Source of the DNA: Nostoc punctiforme PCC 73102
Lineage (GTDB): Bacteria; Cyanobacteriota; Cyanobacteriia; Cyanobacteriales; Nostocaceae
NCBI RefSeq assembly: GCF_000020025.1
Contig: NC_010628.1
Span: forward strand, 2,784,324 to 2,808,323
Direction: 5' to 3'
DNA length: 24,000 nt
Both the position numbers and the translations under genes were made by a program. The notes under the pieces were generated by a model that saw only the letters and a list, made by a program, of their open reading frames with translations, searched no databases and had not been told where the DNA came from. Below, piece by piece: positions 16,595 to 24,000 of this stretch (the stretch's first letter is position 1; every line of letters starts with the position of its first letter).

Positions 16595-17032
16595 TGTGTC
16601 CTGACAGTTAAGACCGATCCCCCAATGATGCTTTGTCGCCCGTACAGAAGCTTGGTTGTAGGGTTGAGACGGTTATGACATTGGTGAAATGGTTGCTGCC
16701 ATTATCCCGTTTAGGAGACTGTATTCATCCGTCAACCCAGGTCAGGGCACTTAATGCTCTCTTGATTTGATTTAATCTTCGGATTTTTAATTCATTTATT
16801 GACCAATTTGAATTGGCTAAGAAATGGTGTAATGACGCTCGCTGAGTTATACTCACAACTTAGCTATTTCTGGTAATGATTTTATTTTTATTGGCGAGAT
16901 TATTCCTAAGTGCAAATATTTGAAGCATTCATAATTTCTCACCTCTTTAAATAAATCTTGATACTCTGCACAATATTCATCTACGATCGCTTCCAGCGGG
17001 CGGTTACGCCATCGCAACTGTTGGGTGGGCAT
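16595..17032 (-). mobile_element. Decayed, truncated N-terminal fragment of an IS701-family-like (DDE) transposase gene
   Basis: My minus-strand translation from ATG 17032 gives MPTQQLRWRNRPLEAIVDEYCAEYQDLFKEVRNYECFKYLHLGIISPIKIKSLPEIAKL-stop (59 aa). After a frame change at about 16856 it gives VSITQRASLHHFLANSNWSINELKIRRLNQIKRALSALTWVDG-stop. These resemble the N-terminus of cyanobacterial IS701-type transposases as I remember them (...VDEYC..Y..LFPEVRSFE.FKYLH.G.IS..KRKTLPEIAK.VGL...Q.LHHFL..SPW....LR..RLE.I...L). Weaker traces (TDE, NCQ) continue to about 16595. No catalytic core is present. Confidence 0.5.
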
Positions 17033-17136
17033 CTCTAGCTAAATGTTTCAGGATTTGTAATTCTACATCCATTGCCCTGGCTTACCTGAAGAGAGTTTTT
17101 TCTTTTAATCCTTTTATTAAGAATACTCGGAAAGTG

Positions 17137-17187
17137 ACAGAAGCTGTTTACGGACGCGCTCGCTTCCGTTATGGATGGAAGAAACAA
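17137..17187. repeat. Copy B of the 51-nt direct repeat
   Basis: acagaagctgtttacggacgcgctcgcttccgttatggatggaagaaacaa matches 16513-16563 at 47/51. It lies 105 nt upstream, in the minus sense, of the transposase-remnant ATG. Confidence 0.85.
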
Positions 17188-17205
17188 GTCAAATCCTCTT
17201 CCCTT

Positions 17206-17226
17206 CTGCCTTCTGCCTCCTGCCTT
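17206..17226. repeat. Three tandem heptamers ctgcctt ctgcctc ctgcctt
   Basis: Read directly. This is the same heptamer family as 9294-9335 and 23471-23519. It sits in the loop of a 10-bp inverted repeat AAGAAACAAG (17179-17188) / CTTGTTTCTT (17224-17233). Confidence 0.85.
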
Positions 17227-17262
17227 GTTTCTTAGGAGAGGGATAATACACATCTCTATAAA

Positions 17263-18792
17263 TTAGATTTTAACCTTCACTGGGTCTTGTATTGAAATAT
17301 CGATGACAAACTCTGTACCCTTACCTGGCATGGAAGAGCAGCTTAAATTGCCTCCATGCTGTTGCACCACAATCGAGTAACTAGTCGATAATCCTAAACC
17401 TGTACCACTGCCTATAGGTTTAGTGGTGAAAAAAGGATTGAATATGCTGTTTAGTGTCGACTCATTCATGCCTGGACCATTGTCAGCAATACGAATCAGT
17501 ACCTTATTAGCATCGTGAATTTCAGTGCGAATGTGAATTATGGGGAGCGGACATTGGGAAAATATCTCACTTGTGATTTCCCCGTCGCCAGCGATGCACT
17601 GAGCCGGTCGTTGTGTCCCCATTTCCAAAGCATCAATTGCATTACTTAAAATATTCATAAATACCTGATTGAGGTCACTGGCATAGCATTTGACCAAAGG
17701 CAGTTGACCATATTCTTTAATTACTGTAATTTTTGGATGATTATCATTAGCTTGAAGTCGGTGCTGTAAAATTAACAGAGTGCTATCAATGCCGGAGTGA
17801 ATATCTACTGGTTTAATTCCCGCTTCATCTAGGCGGGAGAAGTTACGCAGTGAGTCCACAATATGTTTAATACGTTCAGCTCCAGCTTGCATTGAGTTGA
17901 ATAGTTTAGGTAAATCTTCCATCAAAAACGGTAAATCAATAGACTCTGTTGTAGTTTGGATCGCCTTCACTGGAGCGGGATAATGTTGTTGATAGGTTTT
18001 GATGAGTTTTAACAGAGCCTGCACATAAGTTTCAGTATGAAACAAGTTGCCATAAATAAAGTTGGCAGGATTGTTTATTTCGTGAGCAACTCCTGCAACC
18101 ATTTGCCCTAAAGACGACATTTTTTCAGCTTGAATCAGTTGAGCTTGAGTTTTTTGAAGATGGTCTAAGGCTAGAGTTAATTTAGAATTTTGGTTTTCTA
18201 TTGTGAGGATATTACTGTAGGAACGGAGGGAAGAAATCACCACTGTAATCAGTTTTTGTCGTGTCAGTTCTGTCTTCAGGCGATAGTCGTTAATATCGTA
18301 GCCCAGAATAACTGAGGCTTCCGGCGCTTCTCCAGGCTGACCTGTACGTAAAACAATTCGTACTTTGTGGTTGTGCAATTCTGCTCTAATATACTGAACC
18401 ACCTGTAATCCAGCATCATGTGTTTCCATAACGACATCCAGCAAAATTAATGCTGTATCTGGATGTGCCTGGATTAAAGACTTCGCTTCTGTACCAGAGT
18501 AAGCATGGAAAAACATCAGTGGTTTACTCTCAAAGGTGCAATCTTCCAGAACTAGGGTCGTGGCTCGATGGACTAATACATCATCATCCACGATCAAGAC
18601 TTTCCAAACTGCTACAGGCGCTGGTGGAGAGTTTGGAACCGCTTGGGAAGTAATATCATCTTCATTGCTTGGTTGTCTACCATCGTCATCTGCAAAGATA
18701 AACGCATCATTGTTGTCCGCAAAGACGAAAAGAGCGTCAGTTGCTGAGTTGGAAACCCTTTGATTTTCGCTCGACATACTCGATCCTCTCAT
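17263..18792 (-). CDS. Response-regulator receiver fused to HisKA-HATPase (REC-HK hybrid)
   Basis: A 509-aa ORF. It has an acidic, low-complexity N-terminal ~60 aa. The REC domain reads KVLIVDDDVLVHR...LILLDVVMETHDAG...DYRLKTE. The H-box is LGQMVAGVAHEINNPANF, with ATP-lid motifs ADNGPGM and GTGLGLS. The start lies 15 nt downstream of the stop of the giant kinase gene. Confidence 0.9.
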   Translation of the reverse strand: MRGSSMSSENQRVSNSATDALFVFADNNDAFIFADDDGRQPSNEDDITSQAVPNSPPAPVAVWKVLIVDDDVLVHRATTLVLEDCTFESKPLMFFHAYSGTEAKSLIQAHPDTALILLDVVMETHDAGLQVVQYIRAELHNHKVRIVLRTGQPGEAPEASVILGYDINDYRLKTELTRQKLITVVISSLRSYSNILTIENQNSKLTLALDHLQKTQAQLIQAEKMSSLGQMVAGVAHEINNPANFIYGNLFHTETYVQALLKLIKTYQQHYPAPVKAIQTTTESIDLPFLMEDLPKLFNSMQAGAERIKHIVDSLRNFSRLDEAGIKPVDIHSGIDSTLLILQHRLQANDNHPKITVIKEYGQLPLVKCYASDLNQVFMNILSNAIDALEMGTQRPAQCIAGDGEITSEIFSQCPLPIIHIRTEIHDANKVLIRIADNGPGMNESTLNSIFNPFFTTKPIGSGTGLGLSTSYSIVVQQHGGNLSCSSMPGKGTEFVIDISIQDPVKVKI

Positions 18793-18807
18793 CCCTAATT
18801 TTGGCGT

Positions 18808-21800
18808 TTATGGAGTAACCTGTGGTTCAAGTGGAAGGGTTACTATAAATAGAGTTCCCTTCTCCACTTCGCTTTGCACATTGATTCTTCCTTGCAATTT
18901 TTGGGTGACTAGATTATAGACAATATGCAGTCCTAACCCTGTTCCACCGCGATGTCTGGCGGTGGTGAAGAAAGGTTCAAAAATGCGGCTTAGATGCTCT
19001 TCAGGGATACCACAGCCATCATCACTGTATTGAACGATCGCCCGATCGCCTTGCTGCAAGACCTGAAAGTACATCTGCCCAGCTTCTCCGGGCTGATATG
19101 CGTGCATGAGGGAGTTCATTACCAAATTGGTGACAACTTGTGCCAATGCTCCTGGATAACTGCTGATGGTTACAGTATCATCACCCGTCACAGTCACCGT
19201 ATGTAGTGTTTGTCTTAAATTTGGTGCCAAACTAAAAAGTGTTTCTTCCAGATAGACTTTAACCTTAATAGTGCGTTGCTCCAAGTTGGTTTGATCGACA
19301 GCAACCTGTTTGAAACTTTGCACCAATTCTGCGGCATTATTAAGGTTTGTCAAAATAATGTCTCCGCATTCTTTAGCAATGTTTAGGTAGTTGGTCAAAT
19401 CAGACCGTTTCAGCTTCCCCTGCTCAACTGTCGCCATGAGAGCGGTAGTTTTATCAATCAGGGTTGATACCAATGTGATGCTAGTTCCAACAGGGGTGTT
19501 GACTTCATGAGCAACCCCTGCGACAAGGCTACCTAAAGCAGCCATTTTTTTGGATTCTACGAGCTGATCTTGAGTAGTTTTGAGTTCTTCTAGAGCTTGA
19601 GAAAGTTGTTGAGTGCGATCGCTAACTTTCTGTTCGAGAGTATTGTAGAGATTAGCATTTTCGAGCGAAATGGCAGCTTGGGATGATAGAAGCTTAACAA
19701 TTTCTAAACGGTCTGGTGTAAACGCTTCTGTAGCTAGGTTATTTTCCAGATACAAAATTCCCAGCAGTTTACCTTGATGCACAATGGGATTACATAGTAG
19801 GCTTTTGGGCTGCTGCTTTCTGATGTATAAATCATTTACCAAAGTCGCCTCTGTACTAGCATCAGCGATGACATGGGATTTTAGACTCCGTTTGACAAGG
19901 TAAATCAGACTGAGAGGAATATCAAAACTCCGATCGATTGGCAATCCTGGCCCAACGCTGGGTTCTTGTCCTAGTTGAGCGATCGCTTCTACTCGCAAGT
20001 CATTATCCTGGATCAAGATCAGCACACATTTGCTAGCTCCAGCATTGGTCATGATTGCATTGAGCAAGCTAATCAGCAATTTGTCTAATTGAATCTCGCT
20101 AGACAGGCTCTGGGAGGCTTTGAAGATAGTGGCAAAATCCAAGGCTTCAGAGATAGAAGTACTGCTGGAGCTAGATGTTTGCGTCGGTTGATGAATCGTG
20201 CGGGCAGGTATCGCGAGGGTTTCTAAGGGCTGGAAAGTGAATTGCTTTTGTTGCAGAATATGTTGTAGTAATTGCGGATAACGTGTTTCCAAGTCATCGA
20301 TTTTAGCTTTGGCATCCCAACGAGAGTAGCAGTAGTAGGCTTCTTGGATGTAGGCTTGAGCCACCTTTTCTCCGCCCCAATTGAGGTAGAATTTGGCTGC
20401 CAACTCATTGCTCAGTGCTTCTTCGTTAAGGTAGCCATTTTCTTTAGCACCCGCAATGGCGCGATCGTAATACTCCATTGCTTTGAGCGTATCTCCCATC
20501 ACCCGCGCTGTCTCTGCCTCAACTAAATCATACTTGTGCTGGTAATTAGCAGGAGCATTATCAGCCCAGTCGCGCATAAGTTTTTGGTTGGTAAATACCT
20601 GGTTGAGCCAACGTTCCGACTGGTTACAATCTGCCTCCTCTAGACAAGCTGAACATAATGCAAGTAAGGACAAAGAGTAGTAAAAGTTATGTCCAGTAAC
20701 AAGTAGTAAACCAAAGGCTCCATCTACAAACTCAGTAGCCTGCTCTGCACAGATTACAGCCTGTTCATACTTTTCAAAGGCATAAAGGATAACTGTTTTG
20801 GCTACATAGGTTGCAAATAGTGACTGATGATTATGGGTGCTATGAAAATGCAGTAGCATTTCCGTTTCATTAAAATCAGTACCAGTTAGGTGAAACCGAT
20901 CGGAGGCTTGTCCAAGAAAGTTTAAAGTGAGTTGCTTCCAAATCTTGGCATAATCAACACAATGCTTTTGTTTAAAGTTTAAAAGTAGATCGATATATTG
21001 TGTTTGCTTTTTCTCAACAGAATCTAGAGGTTCTCCAATTAGGAATAAATGTGCAGACTCAGCCATTATTGAATAGCTAGTGTATTCGATGTCTCCGACC
21101 TCTAGTCCACACTGCATACTTTCTTGTAAAAATGTGAGTGTATTTCGACCATGCTCCTTACAAGCACAGATAAAAACACCAAAGAGCATATAAATTTTGG
21201 AACTGTGTTCTTTGGCATGATATTGCTTTAAGAGGTTTAGAGATATTTGACCTGAGTGATAAGCTGTATCTACATCTTTGATTACAGCACACAGAAATAA
21301 GCCATAAATTCCATAAACATAAGCAGCCAAGGATGAATGTCCCTGCTCAAGACAAAGCTGGAGCATTGTCAGCGCTACTGACGGAAACATATCTGGTTTG
21401 ACATGATGAACAGGAGGAGTAATGCTAATCAGCAACCGGAGTGCAGCCAGAGATTCAGGATCGATCATCTCTGGAATATTGGCTAAACTTGTCAACTCTG
21501 GTAGTTGCTGTAAATAATTTTCCTGCTCTACACCAGGTAATCTCAACGAAATTTTTAACTGTTCTAGTGCTTTTAACCCTGTTTCAATAGCTTGAACTTG
21601 CCGATCTTGGGCAATATAAACTTGAACTTTTAGCTCATAGCTTTTAATTCTGTGCAACAGATGCGTGGTTTGCTGCAATATCAGGTCTGTTAGAGTTATA
21701 GCTTGTTCAAAGTGGGTATTTAAGTATTCTGCTTCTGCGGCTTCTTCATACAGCGCCAGCATTAGAAGATACTGATTTTGCCAGCTATCTGCTGCTAGCA

Positions 21801-24000
21801 GTTCTATTCCTAGCATAAAATATTGAACCGCAGCAGTATAGGCAGTGGAAGCCTTAGCTTTTCGTCCAGCTACTAGATTTAACTGAGCTAGTTGATTGCG
21901 TTCGTTCTGTTGAGTAATTAACTCCAACCCCATGTTTAATTGATTAACAATTTGAAAAATTTTCTCTTGTCGCTCGTCCGCAGAAATATTATTTAACAGT
22001 AACTGTCCAAGTTTTAAGTGAGTAGTCTGTTTCTCATCTTCAGGTATTAGAAAATAAGCCGCTTGTTGGACGCGATCATGCAAAAATTTATAAGTAACTG
22101 CTTGTGAGCTTTGCCCTGCAATTGTTTGACTTTCCTCACCCACATAGAACTTATAAACTTCAGTTTGAGGTAAGATTAACCCCTCTTGTAAAGCTTTCCA
22201 TAAGGCTGTTGCGGTTTCGGCTTCTGACGTTTCAGATACATTCTTAGAGCTTGCACCTCGCGCGATCGCTAAGGTTGCTAAGTCAAATTCGTTACCAATG
22301 CACGCCGCTAATTTCAAGACTTCCTGCGTTGCTGTTGGCAACTTTTGCAACTGCAATGCCATGAATTCAACAACATCATCCGTGAGAGCTAACGCTTTCA
22401 CTTCCGAAATGTCATACTGCCAATTTCCCCGAGCAAAATCAAACTGGATCAGCCCATCTTCATGCAGTGCTTTGATAAATTGTGTACTAAAAAATGGATT
22501 ACCTGCGGTCTTTTGATATACCAGTTGAGTTAATATTTGTGCGGCTTCTGGCGAACAACTGAGGGTATCGGTAACTAGTTGATTTAAACTTGCTGCACTC
22601 AACGGTGCTAGTGTAATAATGTTAATTGTGACTTTGGCTTTAGCAATCTCTTCTATTGTCAACATCAAAGGATGAGCAGCAAAAACCTCATTATCGCGGT
22701 AAGCTCCAATTAATAATAAATATCCTCCCTCTAAATCATCCATCAGCAACTGCATTAACTTCAAAGAAGCTGAATCTGCCCACTGCAAATCATCTAAGAA
22801 AATCACTAGGGGATGTTCTTTGGTCGTAAATACTTGAATAAACTTCTGAAATAGTAAATTAAAGCGATTTTGTGCCGCAGTTCCAGATAAATTGGGCGCA
22901 GGTAGTTGTTGACCAATAATTTGTTCTAGTTCTGGAATCACCTCAATAATGATTTGCCCATTATCACCCAGTGCTGCTAAAATTTTGTTTTTCCAAGCTG
23001 ATAATTGGGTATCATTCTCACTCAGCAATTGCCCTACTAAATCTCGAAACGTCTGTACAAAGGCAGAAAAAGGAATATTACGATTAAATTGATCAAACTT
23101 GCCTTTGATGAAGTAACCCCGCTGTTCGGCAATCGGCTTATGAACTTCGTTAATAATCGCCGTTTTACCAATACCAGAAAACCCTGCGACTAACATCAGT
23201 TCCGTTTGATGATTAGTAACGCGGTCAAATGCTTCTAGCAAAGTTTTCACCTCTTCTTCCCGACCGTAGAGCTTTTCAGGGATAATGAAGCGATCGCTAA
23301 CATCTCGTTGCCCAATCGAGAAACTTTCAATTTTGCCCGTTTGCTGGAGTTGATGCAAACAAGTTTCTAAATCATATTTCAGCCCAAATGCACTCTGATA
23401 GCGGTTTTCGGCATTTTTCGCCATCAATTTCATAACGATATCACAGAGTACCTGGGGAATTTCCTCCCTTCTGCCTTGTGCCTCCTGCCTTCTGCCTTCT
23501 GCCTTCTGCCTTCTGCCTTCTAGGGGTGGCGGTAGTTTGGCAATATGGCAATGTACTAACTCCATCGGATCGTTTGATTGGAACGGTAATTGTCCCGTTA
23601 GTAACTCGTAAAAAGTTACGCCTAGAGAATAGAAATCAGACCGGTAATCTATGCCGCGATTCATCCGTCCGGTTTGTTCTGGCGACAAATAAGCGAGTGT
23701 TCCTTCCAATACATTGGGATTCTTTAGGGTTTGGGTTTCCCGTGGCAGCAGAGATGCAATACTAAAGTCAATCAGTTTGACATCGCGAGTTTCTGGATTA
23801 ATGAGAATATTGGCAGGTTTAATATCTTTGTGAATAATGCGATGACGAATGAGAATATCTAATATATTGCACAGGGCGATCGCTAAGGGCAAAAATTCCA
23901 TGAGAGTTGGCACAGTTCCCAATTGCTTCAGAGAAATTCCCCCAAAGTCTTCCATTACCAATGCATAACCATTCTGGTAAGTTTCCAAGCTGTAGGTTTG
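18808..24000 (-). CDS. Giant multidomain Ser/Thr protein kinase, AAA(STAND-like) ATPase, TPR-like region, GAF, HisKA-HATPase; N-terminus lies outside the window
   Basis: The frame stays open to base 24000 upstream of the track's Met at 23988 (QTYSLETYQNGYALVMEDFGG is mid-kinase-domain). The catalytic loop HRIIHKDIKPANI is at about 23815-23844, with DFSIAS and GTLAYLSPEQ. Walker A VAGFSGIGKT is at 23161-23190 and Walker B is LVIFLDDLQWAD. A long helical-repeat region follows, then a GAF-like region (KCVLILIQDNDLRVEA...LGILYLENN). The H-box is LGSLVAGVAHEVNTPVG, with DDGCGIP and GTGLGL. Confidence 0.9.
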   Translation of the reverse strand, partial: QTYSLETYQNGYALVMEDFGGISLKQLGTVPTLMEFLPLAIALCNILDILIRHRIIHKDIKPANILINPETRDVKLIDFSIASLLPRETQTLKNPNVLEGTLAYLSPEQTGRMNRGIDYRSDFYSLGVTFYELLTGQLPFQSNDPMELVHCHIAKLPPPLEGRRQKAEGRRQEAQGRREEIPQVLCDIVMKLMAKNAENRYQSAFGLKYDLETCLHQLQQTGKIESFSIGQRDVSDRFIIPEKLYGREEEVKTLLEAFDRVTNHQTELMLVAGFSGIGKTAIINEVHKPIAEQRGYFIKGKFDQFNRNIPFSAFVQTFRDLVGQLLSENDTQLSAWKNKILAALGDNGQIIIEVIPELEQIIGQQLPAPNLSGTAAQNRFNLLFQKFIQVFTTKEHPLVIFLDDLQWADSASLKLMQLLMDDLEGGYLLLIGAYRDNEVFAAHPLMLTIEEIAKAKVTINIITLAPLSAASLNQLVTDTLSCSPEAAQILTQLVYQKTAGNPFFSTQFIKALHEDGLIQFDFARGNWQYDISEVKALALTDDVVEFMALQLQKLPTATQEVLKLAACIGNEFDLATLAIARGASSKNVSETSEAETATALWKALQEGLILPQTEVYKFYVGEESQTIAGQSSQAVTYKFLHDRVQQAAYFLIPEDEKQTTHLKLGQLLLNNISADERQEKIFQIVNQLNMGLELITQQNERNQLAQLNLVAGRKAKASTAYTAAVQYFMLGIELLAADSWQNQYLLMLALYEEAAEAEYLNTHFEQAITLTDLILQQTTHLLHRIKSYELKVQVYIAQDRQVQAIETGLKALEQLKISLRLPGVEQENYLQQLPELTSLANIPEMIDPESLAALRLLISITPPVHHVKPDMFPSVALTMLQLCLEQGHSSLAAYVYGIYGLFLCAVIKDVDTAYHSGQISLNLLKQYHAKEHSSKIYMLFGVFICACKEHGRNTLTFLQESMQCGLEVGDIEYTSYSIMAESAHLFLIGEPLDSVEKKQTQYIDLLLNFKQKHCVDYAKIWKQLTLNFLGQASDRFHLTGTDFNETEMLLHFHSTHNHQSLFATYVAKTVILYAFEKYEQAVICAEQATEFVDGAFGLLLVTGHNFYYSLSLLALCSACLEEADCNQSERWLNQVFTNQKLMRDWADNAPANYQHKYDLVEAETARVMGDTLKAMEYYDRAIAGAKENGYLNEEALSNELAAKFYLNWGGEKVAQAYIQEAYYCYSRWDAKAKIDDLETRYPQLLQHILQQKQFTFQPLETLAIPARTIHQPTQTSSSSSTSISEALDFATIFKASQSLSSEIQLDKLLISLLNAIMTNAGASKCVLILIQDNDLRVEAIAQLGQEPSVGPGLPIDRSFDIPLSLIYLVKRSLKSHVIADASTEATLVNDLYIRKQQPKSLLCNPIVHQGKLLGILYLENNLATEAFTPDRLEIVKLLSSQAAISLENANLYNTLEQKVSDRTQQLSQALEELKTTQDQLVESKKMAALGSLVAGVAHEVNTPVGTSITLVSTLIDKTTALMATVEQGKLKRSDLTNYLNIAKECGDIILTNLNNAAELVQSFKQVAVDQTNLEQRTIKVKVYLEETLFSLAPNLRQTLHTVTVTGDDTVTISSYPGALAQVVTNLVMNSLMHAYQPGEAGQMYFQVLQQGDRAIVQYSDDGCGIPEEHLSRIFEPFFTTARHRGGTGLGLHIVYNLVTQKLQGRINVQSEVEKGTLFIVTLPLEPQVTP
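23471..23519. repeat. Heptanucleotide tandem array inside the kinase CDS: ctgcctt gtgcctc then ctgcctt x5
   Basis: Read directly. On the coding (minus) strand it is AAGGCAG repeated and translates to LEGRRQKAEGRRQEAQGRREE, with 21-nt (7-aa) periodicity. Confidence 0.9.

Noticed and set aside
16513-17187. The 51-nt repeat as a possible CRISPR array
   Set aside because: There are only two copies, 573 nt apart, with 4 mismatches. The intervening DNA is a transposase remnant, and no cas genes or leader are in the window.
16025-17253. Minus-strand ORFs 16025-16297, 16330-16563 and 17035-17253, and plus-strand ORF 16400-16678
   Set aside because: They run across hairpins, the 51-nt repeat and the heptamer array. 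The shared peptide FLPSITEA.ASVNSFC is explained by the DNA repeat itself. There are no ribosome-binding sites or recognisable domains, so they are treated as non-coding.

Overview
The window looks like cyanobacterial chromosome. By eye it carries at least 20 perfect HIP1 octamers (GCGATCGC), Uma2/DUF820 and IS701-type remnants, heptanucleotide tandem repeats and very large multidomain kinases, which fits a filamentous, Nostocales-like genome. Signal transduction dominates. Left to right: (1) the 5' part of a Tat-exported PhoX/DUF839 phosphatase gene (-, TTG start at 1236, absent from the ORF track); (2) a Uma2-family endonuclease pseudogene with two frameshifts; (3) an 799-aa STAND NTPase (HTH-like N-terminus, NB-ARC P-loop, TPR), the only long + strand gene; (4) a 10.8-kb minus-strand block (5071-15903). 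That block holds a Cache/HAMP/PAS hybrid histidine kinase split by a 1-nt frameshift, then a stressosome-type rsbR-rsbS-rsbT module, an RsbT-like::PP2C fusion, an RsbT/W-like::HK-REC-REC fusion and a REC-PAS-HK-REC hybrid kinase. No sigma factor or DNA-binding output is present in the window. (5) A 1.36-kb non-coding stretch (15904-17262) contains a decayed IS701-like transposase fragment, a 51-nt direct repeat, perfect hairpins and a CTGCCTY heptamer array. (6) A REC-HK gene lies 15 nt downstream of a giant (>1730 aa, N-terminus outside the window) Ser/Thr-kinase/AAA/TPR/GAF/His-kinase gene, whose kinase domain carries an in-frame heptanucleotide tandem array. The best candidate for an uncharacterised system is the stressosome-to-phosphorelay cluster, with three consecutive paralogous switch-kinase domains. 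All product calls rest on motif recognition by eye; no database search was possible.
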